This document shows positions 50,684 through 64,000 of a stretch of 64,000 nt of DNA, in pieces (position 1 is the stretch's first letter; each line of letters opens with the position of its first letter). The notes beneath the pieces are model-generated. The model did not search any database. It was not told the DNA's origin and saw only the letters and a list, made by a program, of their open reading frames with translations. The position numbers and the translations under genes are program-made. The DNA is from Octopus bimaculoides (lineage: Eukaryota): contig NC_068995.1 of assembly GCF_001194135.2 (NCBI RefSeq), positions 3,838,610-3,902,609 on the forward strand, written 5' to 3'.

Positions 50684-53654
50684 CAAGTAAAACTATACTT
50701 AACATGGTTCGAGCTATCTGTTTGCACCGGCTTAACTGCATCATTTACATGGAGTGCTGTGGGTAGTCCCTTCAAAGTGACAAACCTCCGTTGAATTAAT
50801 TTAAGTCAGCTCTTGGGGCTTGTGAATGTGTGAATGAGTTGGCATGTGCCTGTGTGCGTATGCGTATGTGAAAAGTTAAAGTTTAACCCTTGCAAGGGTG
50901 AGCATGTTATTTTAGCATGCAAACGTGTGTGCTTCGTTGTTACTTGTGTGGATCTACTGTATTTCACTGATAAGGAATTGGTTGACTGGAATTGGATGAG
51001 CTAAAAGATAGTGATGGGAAGCTGGGCATGTTGTGATCTCGGTTACTTATACGCCATGGAGACCGAGTAACCAGACTTATACGACTTAGCGCTCAAGAAA
51101 TATATATATATATATANNNNNNNNNNNNNNNNNNNNNNNNNNNNNNNNNNNNNNNNNNNNNNNNNNNNNNNNNNNNNNNNNNNNNNNNNNNNNNNNNNNN
51201 NNNNNNNNNNNNNNNNNNNNNNNNNNNNNNNNNNNNNNNNNNNNNNNNNNNNNGTGTGTGTGTGTGTGTGTGTGGTTATATACCATGGTAATCTGTAATT
51301 TTCGGTGAGTAACATGCACAGTCACATTTACAAATTATTGATACAGGAGTGTTACTAACTATAAAGTGCAAGTGATATTTGACACGGTTGGTGCCGGAAG
51401 GTATGTTGCACACGTTTTAGTCTGATGACAATTGTATTTATAAGTTCAAAACTCACAGAATTTCTCACACTACTCTCCGTTTCTTTGAGGTTCGATAAGT
51501 AAAATGGCAGACATATAAGTGTAGTGCTATATAATTCGTATTCACACGCATATCACGATAACAGAATAGCTGTTACTACAATATTCATATGCAGAGGTTT
51601 AACATAGCCACTCAGACACTATCGGATTTCATAAACGTTTGTCTTCGAAAAGAATTAACGCAAGTCCTTCTAGGTCGGTCTATTCTTTATTAAATATGAA
51701 TTAGAGGAAATTTCTTCGAAGCTGTAAAGTCTCCAAAACATGATAGCCAACTAGGAATGCAAAAGCTCGAGATCTGACTATTTAAGATAATACGCAGTAT
51801 TAGTAACAGAAAGTACATTTTAAATGAGCATCTTGTTAAATAATGCAGCTGAAAGATTTACTAGCAAGTAATGCCAAAAGTTAATAATCTTCGTCGTGCT
51901 CTTTCTTTCTCCGCCTCTTTTTCTCACCATATTTCTCTGGAAAGCTTTACAAATTCTCTTAATTCATTTCTTAGACGGACAAAGTAGCTGAATCGAAATT
52001 TTAATGTTGTAAACGGGATGATATGAAATTGGTAACTATTTTTAGTTTATTCCACAATTAGTTATTGATTATATATTATAGTTATGGTAAAGTTAACCCT
52101 GATTTATGCATTTCCATACTTACATGCACACATCCATACACTTACGTATATATGTATCTGTATTCATATACACACATGCGTACATTCATACTTACGAACA
52201 TACGTATACAACATGCATGCACTTAAATACGTACCCCCCTCTCTCTCTCTCTCTCGCTCTCTCTCGCTCTCTCACTATATATGTATGTATGTATGTATGT
52301 AATATAGTAATATACACGGACGGCTAGATATTGTTATGGGAAAGCGTTTGCTGTGCTAACACGCTCTTTGATATATTTAAGTAAGCACCTGCCTATGAGA
52401 TTGCTACCGTCATTGATTCCTCACAGCAGCATATACTCCCCCCACTCTCCTTTTAACTCTGTAAACCTGGGTGTAAAGAAGCATGCATACCCAGTATTTC
52501 CGGTAAAGTGTTTCGTGTACTTCTTTAATTCTCCACGAAACATTCCAATAAAGTCTTAGGAATCCAGTGGCAAAATATTCTCTTTTTGTATGTTTTTGAT
52601 TCACGTTTAACAATTGTTACTTCATTTGATCCGTTCTTTTATTAGAAACCCATCGATGTTCTCGCTGTTAAATAAATGAGAATTCTCTCGTGTAACAACA
52701 GATGTTGAGATCTGTGAAGTTTATGGAGTTTGGAGCTTTCTCACTAAAGAACAGTAATTTCCTCTTCTCGTCATTTATTTCCGTCTTTATATTAACTCTG
52801 TAATGTTTTACATGAAATCCTTTCTTTACTTCGTTGTTCATTCGATGAAACATATGTGCATGCACACACATACACTAACTAACAAAGACACTACCACACA
52901 TATACACGCATCATACACACACAGACGTAAATATAGAACTGAAAGAATTAGTGCTCAACAGCGGATATGTTGATAAATAATTCCTTTTAATAAAATTGTG
53001 CTATTTTTCCAGTACCGTGGGTTTCCTACGGAAACATTCGCATGTATTCAGCCAGAATTTGCTGCACCAGTAACACTCGTCTGTTTATCTAACTTGCACA
53101 TATGTAAACAAATCTGGTTTAACGCAAAAAAGATGGAAGCTACTAGTGGTATGTAAACATACATATGTGGTTTTCCCGCCAATTGTGACTAACAAAATAA
53201 CATTTAAATTTGCTTTATTGCATGAGCTAACACTGTAGCCTCCTCTCATGGCATTAGAATCTCAAGCAACTTAGTGGCTACTTAACTACCAGCAAATTGA
53301 TCAACCCAACTCAGTGTTTCTTCTTTTAAAATCTTACAAGTTACTGTATGTTACTCTGAGAATTTAGATAAAGCTAAGTATTTAGCTTACATCAGCTCCT
53401 TAACAATATATATTTACATGCCATTACTTATAGCTTTATGTGTGCTTCCAGATTTACTGTCCCACAAAAGAATTACTTCACGTTCTATCGAGAGTTTATG
53501 AATTCTTATGACATCAACAATACATTTTGCTCTGGCAAAAATAAAATTTCTAAACTGAATAGAGAAACCATAAGGATTACTTTGATCTGGCGCTAGAACG
53601 TCCATCATACCTCCAGGTGATGCGGGTTCAGATACCATGTACAGCCTTAAACCT

Positions 53655-53823
53655 TTTCTGTGACAATGTCGGCCCTTTGAATTACAGGTACAACTCATTT
53701 TTGCCAGCTGAGTGAACTGGGGCAACGTGAAATAAACTGCCTTGCTCAAAGACACAACGCGTCGCTGGGAATCGAACTCACGAACGAACTTACGATCTGG
53801 AGCCAAAAACTACTAAGCCACAC
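53655..53823 (-). mobile_element. SINE family D, 5' half
   Basis: caggtacaactcatttttgccagctgagtgaactgg...ttgctcaaagacacaacgcg...gggaatcgaactc...ctaagccac. Confidence 0.85.
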
Positions 53824-54939
53824 GCACAAAATAGCAAATACACGCATAAACACACACACACACACACACACGAACACCTACGCATGCCCTGCTGCACATA
53901 AATGCAAATACATACGCATAGGTGTGCTTGCACTCACAAATAATAAACATAGTAGATAGGTAAACGTGACTGTGAAGTTATACGCCAGCACACACACACA
54001 CACATACACACACACAAGCATACGTATACACACATCGGAATTAAAAACACCGGGACGAGTTTATGTAAGTTGAAAATTTATTGATAATTCATTCCATGAA
54101 TATTGAAGGGCTTAACCTCCGATGTATTATATAAAAATCATGTCTCTCACATGTTTCAATAAGCAATCACCGAAATTTATAACACTGTCAATATTATATA
54201 TATATATATATATATNNNNNNNNNNNNNNNNNNNNNNNNNNNNNNNNNNNNNNNNNNNNNNNNNNNNNNNNNNNNNNNNNNNNNNNNNNNNNNNNNNNNN
54301 NNNNNNNNNNNNNNNNNNNNNNNNNNNNNNNNNNNNNNNNNNNNNNNNNNNNNNNNNNNNNNNNNNNNNNNNNNNNNNNNNNNNNNNNNNNNNNNNNNNN
54401 NNNNNNNNNNNNNNNNNNNNNNNNNNNNNNNNNNNNNNNNNNNNNNNNNNNNNNNNNNNNNNNNNNNNNNNNNNNNNNNNNNNNNNNNNNNNNNNNNNNN
54501 NNNNNNNNNNNNNNNNNNNNNNNNNNNNNNNNNNNNNNNNNNNNNNNNNNNNNNNNNTGTATAAGTGTGCGTGTGTGAATGTGTGAATGTGTGCGTGTGT
54601 GAATGTTTTTTTTATGTATGTATCATTTAGCTCTAAAACTACCTAAGTAACTGCGTGTAGACAGTCTGCTGTACTTTCATGTGTGATAAAGTTAGATAAA
54701 TGAAACTCAGGATATTCTTAGAGACAGAATCACTTATTGATATAAACACGCACATACATGCATACGCACTAACACCGGACTCAGACATTGACACACACAC
54801 ATACTCATATAAATATGCTTACATGTATATTAGTGTGTGTGTGTGTGTGTGCGTGCGTACGTGTGTGTGCGTACGTGTGTGTGCGTACGTGTGTGTGCGT
54901 GTGTGTGTAATATTTATATTCATATAAAGAATACATAAT

Positions 54940-55210
54940 ATAGAACAACAGCAATAATAGAAATAATAATAATGGTTTATAATAATGGTAATAATAATAA
55001 TAATTCATAATAACAATAGTAATAATAATAATAGTAATATAAATAATAATAGTAATAGTAATAATAATAGTAATCATGGTAATAGTAATAATAATAATAA
55101 TATTAATAATAATAACAGTAATAGTAATAATTATAGTAATAACAATAATATTAATAATAATAATAATAATGATAATAATAATAATAATTATATTAATAAT
55201 GACAACAATT
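54940..55210. repeat. Degenerate (AAT/AGT/AAC)n microsatellite
   Basis: Direct reading; source of the poly-N and poly-I ORFs. Confidence 0.93.
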
Positions 55211-55803
55211 AAAACAACACCAACAATATAGAATTGTCTGGTAAGCACGATTATGCATGAGAATAAGTTATGTGTGAAAGAGGCCATTTGCGAAGAGAAT
55301 GAAACAAAAACAAAACGCAAACTGCCTAAAACAAAAGATATATAAAAAAAATCCCAACAACAATAAAAAAGAAAACGAAAGAAAGCCTATTGATTGATTC
55401 TTTTCACAATCGACTTCACAACCTTTGCAATTCTGCATTTAGTAGATTCATTGACAACTGGGTATTGGAAATATATATTTTGCTGAGGTTAGAGTTTGTG
55501 TTGTGAAGAGGAAGATATTGGGAAGGATTGCAATAATACAGAGCATTAGTGGCATCGTTCTATTTCTGTGTTTGGAAGAAGACTACACGAAGAGATAAAG
55601 ACAAAAGCTATTAAATCACAGTTTCTAGAACCAAATAGAAATAAATTCACATCTTCTCTCCATGGATTTAAAGAACCCTAATGGATAATGGAAGGGAAGT
55701 ATTGAACATACCGCTTCCTGAATATATATATCAACACGTACATACATACGTGTACACATACATATCTACATACATACATATGTGTATGTATAGATATGCA
55801 TAA

Positions 55804-55868
<65 letters not shown>

Positions 55869-56338
55869 TGTGTGTGTATGTGCGTGTATCATCATACACT
55901 GTGCCAGTAGGTCAATCCAGTAATCTACATCATTCGATTTGGTGTAAGAGTGGCTATGTATTGTTTCGAGGATCAATTTACGAGTCGTAATTGAATAATT
56001 ACGTTTATAAAACGTCTGAGAAATAACCAGCATCTCTGTTTGTGATCGTTAAACATGGCTATTTATACACATATAACGTTTGTGAGTGTTACTCTCGATG
56101 AGCCGATCTACTGCAGATTCAACGCCTGGTCTTCAATAACAGTCGACTTCTTGTTATTTATCTATCAGCAATGTGCATATTAATGAGCAAGGCTAAATAT
56201 TACGCTATTAGCTTTTTATCTTCGTGTTCACTACTCGTTACTACTGCTTGTCTTTTATTTCCTCTGTTACTGTAACTGTGGGTAAGACACTGTTTTGTGG
56301 GTGAGTTATGACTGACGGAAGCCATGCAAAGACACACT

Positions 56339-56398
<60 letters not shown>

Positions 56399-57117
56399 NN
56401 NNNNNNNNNNNNNNNNNNNNNNNNNNNNNNNNNNNNNNNNNNNNNNNNNNNNNNNNNNNNNNNNNNNNNNNNNNNNNNNNNNNNNNNNNNNNNNNNNNNN
56501 NNNNNNNNNNNNNNNNNNNNNNNNNNNNNNNNNNNNNNNNNNNNNNNNNNNNNNNNNNNNNNNNNNNNNNATATATATATATATATATATAGATAGATAG
56601 ATAGATATACATATATATGTATATTCTTTTATTCTTTTATATATATATTTAAAAAATAATAAGATGAAAATGCATAGAGAACTTTATCATAGGAAACAGA
56701 AAGACAATTCTTAATTAATTTTTAAGCAGCTACTGTTTCGGTCATTTTAAGACAACCTTTTCATTTCGGAATAATTTGAAAGCAAAACTGAAATAAATTA
56801 AATTGCACAAAACTCTCATCAGTTGTGGGTGTTCACGTTTTCGTACACAGATCGCGTCGTGCATTATTTTGTTTTATTCTAATTGTTGCTAGTTGTGAAC
56901 GATGGGTGATTAAGAAAAGTGGTGATAGGCAAGTTTGACAGTGATGGGAGGAGTCGTAGTAGAAACAGCTTGGGGACTTGGCGCATTGTAGCACTGTTTC
57001 ATCTATCTATTTGTGTGGGTGTCGGTTTATGGCAGCTGTCCGTCTAATACCGAGCCGTAAGGGTTTTTGTAATGTTGGTGGCTGTTGTTGTCGTCCTTTG
57101 TCCGGTATAGAAATCTA

Positions 57118-57236
57118 GACATTTCTTTGTTAATGCGTTGGTGTTGAGTTGTTTTATTAGCAAATTTATAGAGAAGAAAAATCGTGAACTTTTGTTCTTT
57201 CACAATTCAACGCCAGCGCATTAACAAAGAAATGTC
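57118..57236 (+). repeat. 34-bp inverted repeat / hairpin with a 51-nt loop
   Basis: 57118-57151 versus 57203-57236: 31/34 Watson-Crick, and the other three are G-U-compatible on the + strand. Confidence 0.92.
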
Positions 57237-58359
57237 CGTCCTTCATTACCAAATAGCAGCCACATCTAAATTCCCTGTGGCAGAGAAGGCGAGAAAAACT
57301 GCAGTTATTACATGTATGTGTGTGTGTGTGTGTGCGTGTATGTGTGTGCTCGTGCGTCTGCGTTCGCATATGAATGCACACATACACGCATACATTCAAG
57401 CATTCGTAAATATAGATATATATGTACATTAGGCATGTTTGTACCTAAATATGTATGTGTAAGTTTGTGCGTGAATGTATATTTACACACGCACACACAC
57501 ACACGCATATATATGATTATATCTATATCATTATCACTGTATCGAATTCTGTCATTTGAAGTGAAAGTGTAAAGTAGCAATTCGATGATATGTAATCAAT
57601 GAAATATATGAGATGACTGAAATACGAAACGGGAACGCACAATATCGACAAAAGCCTTCAAGATGGTGACCCAGCATGGCTGAATTCCAACAAAACAATA
57701 ACAGAATAAAAAGGCTAATATAAAACATTTCAGGACCAATGTACCAAACTGCCAAATCGCCGTAGAGAATTTTCTTTAGAGCATTCTGATATTAGTATAA
57801 ATGCATTAAATAAAAATTAATTGAATTCTTATTATCACAGTGTTGTACAGAGGCCAAACATGAGCAACCGGAAAAAGCAAATTCTCCATTCACTTGTTTC
57901 CGGTAACAACGCGGAGACAAATTTGTAATTGGTTAGGATGTGGGTCACTAACCTCGATGCGTCGTTATTGAGAGATTTTAATACGATTTTATTGACGCCA
58001 ACGAAAGTCGACACCAATGGAAGTTTAGTAATGTGTTAGTATCGACCAAGATACGGCAAAGGATTTGGATTATCTTTGTAGCATTTGCTCCCTTTACTAC
58101 AAAGCTCTAACTACACGCGTACTTACGTACATACGTAAGTACATATATACGTATATACATACATGTTCGCATACATATGTACATATATATACTTGGGTAT
58201 ATAGATACGCACGTACGTAATTAAACTGAAGCGTGCCTACATACACATAAATGTGTACAAATATTTGCCTGCAAGCACATAGGAATATGTATCTACTTAC
58301 AAGGCTATATAATACATAAGACAGACATACATATAAACATATACACATATATACATAAA

Positions 58360-58526
58360 TGGAGCAGACGTGGCTGTGTTGTAAGAGGCTTGCTTCCAAG
58401 CAACAGTATTTCGGGCTCAGTACCATTGCGTTGGCTCCTTGGGCAGATGTCTTAAAACTAAGTCTCGAGCTGACCAAATCTTTGCGAGTGGATTTGATAG
58501 ACAGAAACTGAAAGAAGCTCATCGTA
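58360..58526 (+). mobile_element. SINE family B, 5' part
   Basis: gcagacgtggctgtgttgtaagaggcttgcttcc...gagtggatttgatagacagaaactgaaagaagc. Confidence 0.85.
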
Positions 58527-60179
58527 TATATATACATATATATATATATATATANNNNNNNNNNNNNNNNNNNNNNNNNNNNNNNNNNNNNNNNNNNNNN
58601 NNNNNNNNNNNNNNNNNNNNNNNNNNNNNNNNNNNNNNNNNNNNNNNNNNNNNNNNNNNNNNNNNNNNNNNNNNNNNNNNNNNNNNNNNNNNNNNNNNNN
58701 NNNNNNNNNNNNNNNNNNNNNNNNNNNNNNNNNNNNNNNNNNNNNNNNNNNNNNNNNNNNNNNNNNNNNNNNNNNNNNNNNNNNNNNNNNNNNNNNNNNN
58801 NNNNNNNNNNNNNNNNNNNNNNNNNNNNNNNNNNNNNNNNNNNNNNNNNNNNNNNNNNNNNNNNNNNNNNNNNNNNNNNNNNNNNNNNNNNNNNNNNNNN
58901 NNNNNNNNNNNNNNNNNNNNNNNNNNNNNNNNNNNNNNNNNNNNNNNNNNNNNNNNNNNNNNNNNNNNNNNNNNNNNNNNNNNNNNNNNNNNNCACCACC
59001 ACCACCACCACCACCACTTAGGCCTTCAGTGCGTTTAGTAGATTCCACAATGTTTCTGGCAATGAATTCTGATCTTTCTCCCAAGTTTACAGAGACAGTG
59101 AAAAGTCTCATGGAAGCTACTTTTCCTACTGTAAGCCGTTAAAATGCCGATAATGGAAATCTGTTACTTGTTATGTTCCATAATATTTTATTGTGAAGCA
59201 AGATTCGCCCTGGATAGGCAGGTGTTAAAAATTGATTAGCTTCCAGTCGCTTAAAAACATTTTTCTTGACATTAGATCGTTTTTCAGAAAAAAAAAAACA
59301 GCCGTTTAAATCAACCGAAAATTAAATTATCTCCCTTTGCCATGAAATTTCTTTTTCCCTTTGCTGCTGACCGCCACCGTTTATTCTTCTACGCCGATGA
59401 TTTGGGAAAGAACTGGATTTCAGAATGAATTTAATACATTAATCAAATATCTCTTAGAACATACTAGAACTCTGACTGAAATTAGGTTAGTTGTATGCTA
59501 TATTCTAGAAGATTGGACAATTGTACTAGATTTACGTAGCATGAGTAAATTGCTGGCAAGGTTTACAAATTATTTTACAGAAGATAGCAATGCGTGTTGT
59601 GCTCTGAAGTAGAGAGAGAAACAATCAGCCGCGCGAAAATCTGTTTGTGTTACGCTTAGACGCTTATTCGAATGAAACCTACCGGCGAGATTGGGCCTAT
59701 AAATATGAAATACCTATTTGAATATACTCACAATGGAAGCTGCGCACATTTAGTTGTTCCTCTCTATGAATATTTTATAGCTTTTTTTTAAAAATTGAAA
59801 ATAGTGCAATAATTAACGAAAGGATAGAAAAAATATATGGATAAACCTGTTTTATCAGAAAATTTTTTTATCCAGATTCAATACGAATCCATAACGGGAC
59901 TCTACATTGCTTCTCTTATATTCTATCTTCTTTTGAAGTCATTTCCTTCAAACACTCATACATTGAAATCAACGCGAACGATCAACATAATCGTCCACCT
60001 CCTTCTCCTCCACCTCCTCCTCCTCCTCCTCCTCCTNNNNNNNNNNNNNNNNNNNNNNNNNNNNNNNNNNNNNNNNNNNNNNNNNNNNNNNNNNNNNNNN
60101 NNNNNNNNNNNNNNNNNNNNNNNNNNNNNNNNNNNNNNNNNNNNNNNNNNNNNNNNNNNNNNNNNCCTCCTCATTATCA

Positions 60180-60519
60180 TTATTATCATTATAATTTCTC
60201 TTTATCACATGTTTTGCTGGAACTCCTTGACTCTTGCATGTGTAGTGGGCTTGCTACCTGCATCCTACGGTACCATTCTATCCATTCTTTTCAGCTATCT
60301 AATACTTTCCTGATTATTCTGGCCCTGCCAAAGAGGCAAACCTTTTGTAACAGTTCTACTGGGCATTCTATTCCAATTCCCTTTATATTCTCCTTGATGC
60401 CTTCTGATACNNNNNNNNNNTTCTATTCCAATTCCCTTTATATTCTCCTTGATGCCTTCTGATACTGTTCCCAAGGACTCAACAATAATTGGCACTATCT
60501 TCACCTTCTTCATTTTCCA
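60180..60519 (-). mobile_element. 5'-truncated R4/Dong-clade LINE 3' end (ORF C-terminus 60291-60519 plus 3' UTR)
   Basis: With the duplicated 45 bp removed, it reads WKMKKVKIVPIIVESLGTVSEGIKENIKGIGIECPVELLQKVCLFGRARIIRKVLDS*, matching the R4-type C-terminus (V.PV(V/I)G.LG...LQK..LLGTARI.R.VL). AAT-type repeats lie on both sides. Confidence 0.75.
60366..60465. other. Probable assembly artefact: identical 45-mers on both sides of a 10-N gap
   Basis: 60366-60410 is identical to 60421-60465; collapsing them restores the LINE frame. Confidence 0.85.
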
Positions 60520-60534
60520 TATTATTATTTACAT

Positions 60535-60598
<64 letters not shown>

Positions 60599-60635
60599 CC
60601 TATCTATTATATATATATATATATATATATATCTA
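60535..60635. repeat. (TCTA)n/(TA)n microsatellite
   Basis: Direct reading. Confidence 0.95.
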
Positions 60636-63600
60636 TACACACGCACAAACATATGTCTGTTCAACGAAGTTTGATGTTAATTATTATGGAAGAATTACTT
60701 CCTTTCGACAAGAACAAATATTTGAAAATCCGTTGTAGCGAAATATTTATCGCAAACAACGATCATAGAAACTGCTAACCTAAAAACCTTGTCTATGTTA
60801 ATTGGTAATTTCAAACATTTACGTATAATTAATCGCTACACTGTTGATCGTTAAAGAATAATTCCGAAACGTTAATCTCTCAGACGCTAACAATTTGTCT
60901 CATAAAAGGAACATAATGAATTATTATGAACGGAAATTAATGGATGATCAGAGATGTTTGATAGTGGTGCCATAAATGGCAACAGATTAAAAATACTTTA
61001 AACGCTTGATTATCAGAGCAGAATAAATGTTTTTTTTTTATTTTAATGGTTTAGGAAAGGAAGTGTAGCCAGGGCTCATGAATTTTTTATAGCACCAACT
61101 CTATTAAGAAGGAGAGAGATGTTATTGTTTCCACCAAAGTCCAGAGTCGAATTCTTTCATCAATATGTATCCACTACATTACCCAAGGGCCAGTTTGGAT
61201 TCTTCAACCTGGTTACACGTTGTCACCCATGAACATAAACGGTTCCTACAACGGGCTTCCACGAAGATTCTTAAACAAATGAGAGTGACTTCGAAGTTTC
61301 GAGAGCATCGGTTTTAAAACTGTTTGAGGAACAGATATTAGCGATATATAAAAGTTTACAAGAATCGGATATGTGATCAATAGTCGTAAAGTGTTGAGAA
61401 GAATTATCATGAAAAATGATTTATCTAATTGTATCACCAATCTTTATAAAAACCAAACTATGCTAAAAAATATTGCTTCAGAGCAAGATATGGAAGATAA
61501 AAACCCAATCACTTGCAACATAAAAAATAAACAATATTATATTCTTTATAAAGACCATCATACAGTAAATGTTACTAACAATACTTCACTAGGTTTGTTT
61601 CTTTTCCTATTAGTGATTAAGCTTTTTTCAAAGTTGTTAACTTCCTTCATGTTATATTTAACCTAGATAATTCACAAAATGGATTCCACAAAGTGAGAGC
61701 AAAAATCAATGGAAGATTTTACATATTACCAAATTCTGCATCATCCCGAGAATAGTTTTAAGTATCGAGTAAAAAAAAAAAAATGTTTCCGTATAACAAT
61801 GTACCTTATCTTCAAACGAACAGGTTTTTATTGAAATATCCAACTATTACGATGAAGATCGTGGTAGAAGCTGCTACAATAAAAAAAAACAGTAAAATAT
61901 AATCAGAATATAGTTTGCTATAAGACTAACGAAACATCGAAAGAGAAATGTAGAAGGGTATGATCCATCGTTTAATTTACGAGTAATGGCACCTGTTGCT
62001 AAATATTTTCCAAACTGCTATATAAATTATTGTAGTAAAATCATGTTACAATCTCTTAAGCGAGCATACACATTTTGCCCAAACACTAACGACTTCTATT
62101 ATTTTAAAATTAAACACTTTATTCCATCGACGTCATTTTGATTGTATTAGTATCTATACTTATACTTGTGCATGTGAACGAAATTGCAAGGTTATAGAAT
62201 AAGTTTATTGCGTGAAGATCAACATCCACTTGATGCTATTCTAATTAACTAGAGTGAGAAATTTTCTCAATGACAAAATACAGTGAATGGCTTTCTTACG
62301 AGTTTAAATATGCCTCAAGCATATTTGAACTGGTTACAAGTATTTTATTTACACAAATCGCTATTTAACGCTGTCATCTCATGTCTAATATATTAGTTTA
62401 ATCGCTAACTCATTGAAAAATTATCTTACCAGCGCGCACATACACACATGTGCGCGAACACACATATGCACACACATTTTGAATCTCACGATGAATGGCC
62501 AGTACCTCATTTTTTAGTTATACATCGTCTTAGTTATCTTACACATTTTTGTTTTTCATCTGTTTAAACAAGAACCATGTCACTGTTGCACTTCTGAGAT
62601 ATACGAAATTTTAAGTTTCAAGCTTACATGACTTAATAACTTCACTAAAGTTTCTTATCTTGTAAACATAGAATCTTTATAAATTTAAACCTCTAATATT
62701 TTAAGCTTCTACTATTCCTTAGGAGATAATATTCCACGCCCATGCTTTCTTCTGGTATATACACCTTCTTAATAATATAAACACTTTCACCACATACAGT
62801 AACAGCTCACGTTTTTGGTCTAGTATTCTAAAAATTTAAACCACGATTTAATATTTTATTCCCCCACTTTCTGTATTCACATTTTTATTAGAATCGTTAC
62901 CAACAATTATTTTTCTTAAATCTTTCGATTGATTGGGTTAAATTAAATTTCTGTTGCCCGAGCTAATTATACCATAACTGGTATCCTACCTCATTGTATT
63001 CTATTTATTATTCAGCTTTATAACCAAGAATCATTCTAGAATTTGTGATAGGTTCTTTCATATATAATTATAGGTATTTGTTCACTGATCAATATAAAAA
63101 TTTCTGATACACTTACATATCGTAACCTGTAATATTATTCTGTTTTTTATCCCCTTGTGATATCGTCAAACCATTCAATTTTAGCTTTACTTTTGCATTC
63201 AATGCAACAAAATTTCTTTTAAACTTGATATCATACATAGTGCATTTGTTTGTGTATATAGGTGGGTATGTGTGCATGTGTGTGATGTATTTTACTAAAT
63301 AATTCCATTGAACTCGCTTTTACGTATTTCATCTCAACACCACATTCAAGTTTCCATACAAAGAACGATCTATTTGCAACAACATTCTAATATCGATTGT
63401 TGTTTTAAGAGACACGGTTTTGCTTATATTTATTTCACTGCCTTACATTTATGCATACGTGCATACATACATGCATGCATGCATATGTACATGTGTACGT
63501 ACATACACATATGCGTATATAAATATATATTCAGAGGCACATATATTTGTATATATGATAAATATTGATGTAGATCCGCAAACACACACATACTCACACA

Positions 63601-64000
63601 CATGCTCACATACATGCTCACACACACACATATATGCAGATTGTACGTAAATCTAACCATTCTGCTATAGAGGTATATTTTTACCAAATATCACGTATAC
63701 ATCTGTTCATACACAGGCAAACGCACCCACGCATACACACACGCATACACACAGACATACAGACACACACTCACACACGTACATACATATAAACACAGGC
63801 ACACACACACAGAGGCTGTTCGATATTAACTTTCTAGATGATTATCACTTCATACATATCAATACATCTTAATACATCTTACTATATCTAAAGTCCTATT
63901 TTCTTGGACACCAGGCTTCACATTCCTTTTAAAAGTAGCAGTTTATATTGCACTTGCATATATATACATGTATATAAGAGTATATATATATATACATATA

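Noticed and set aside
49932-50760. ORFs 49932, 50021 and 50460 as TRPC exons or genes
   Set aside because: No TRPC or other family motifs and no convincing paired splice signals.
50750-51095. Possible additional SINE/LINE 3' end
   Set aside because: Single copy in the window; similarity rests only on vague recall and cannot be supported here.
61080-61320. GC-balanced island as a TRPC exon or Tc1 fragment
   Set aside because: All frames lack the expected DITPL or DDE motifs.

Overview
AT-rich, microsatellite- and SINE-saturated animal genomic DNA from a gapped draft assembly (13 N-gaps, most abutting microsatellites). The SINE/microsatellite landscape resembles Octopus-type cephalopod DNA (inference). 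One clear coding exon is present: a 1137-nt first (or early) exon of a TRPC-family cation channel (35904-37040, +). It encodes a ~270-aa Pro/Ser/Thr/Ala low-complexity N-terminus plus TRPC ankyrin repeats and ends at a phase-0 GT donor; I recognised no later exon in the remaining 27 kb. A weaker candidate exon pair lies at 188-506. The rest is ~40 copies or fragments of about five tRNA-derived SINE-like families, decayed LINE pieces (L1/Tx1-like, R4/Dong-like), tandem duplications and simple repeats. The most notable non-coding signal is a set of minimal type I hammerhead-ribozyme motifs of the Penelope/retrozyme kind. One copy has a fully intact catalytic core (33545-33584, +), and several decayed copies show pairing-preserving stem differences. 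There is also a fully pairable 34-bp hairpin (57118-57236) in the presumed TRPC intron. Almost all other ORFs in the track are repeat or gap artefacts.
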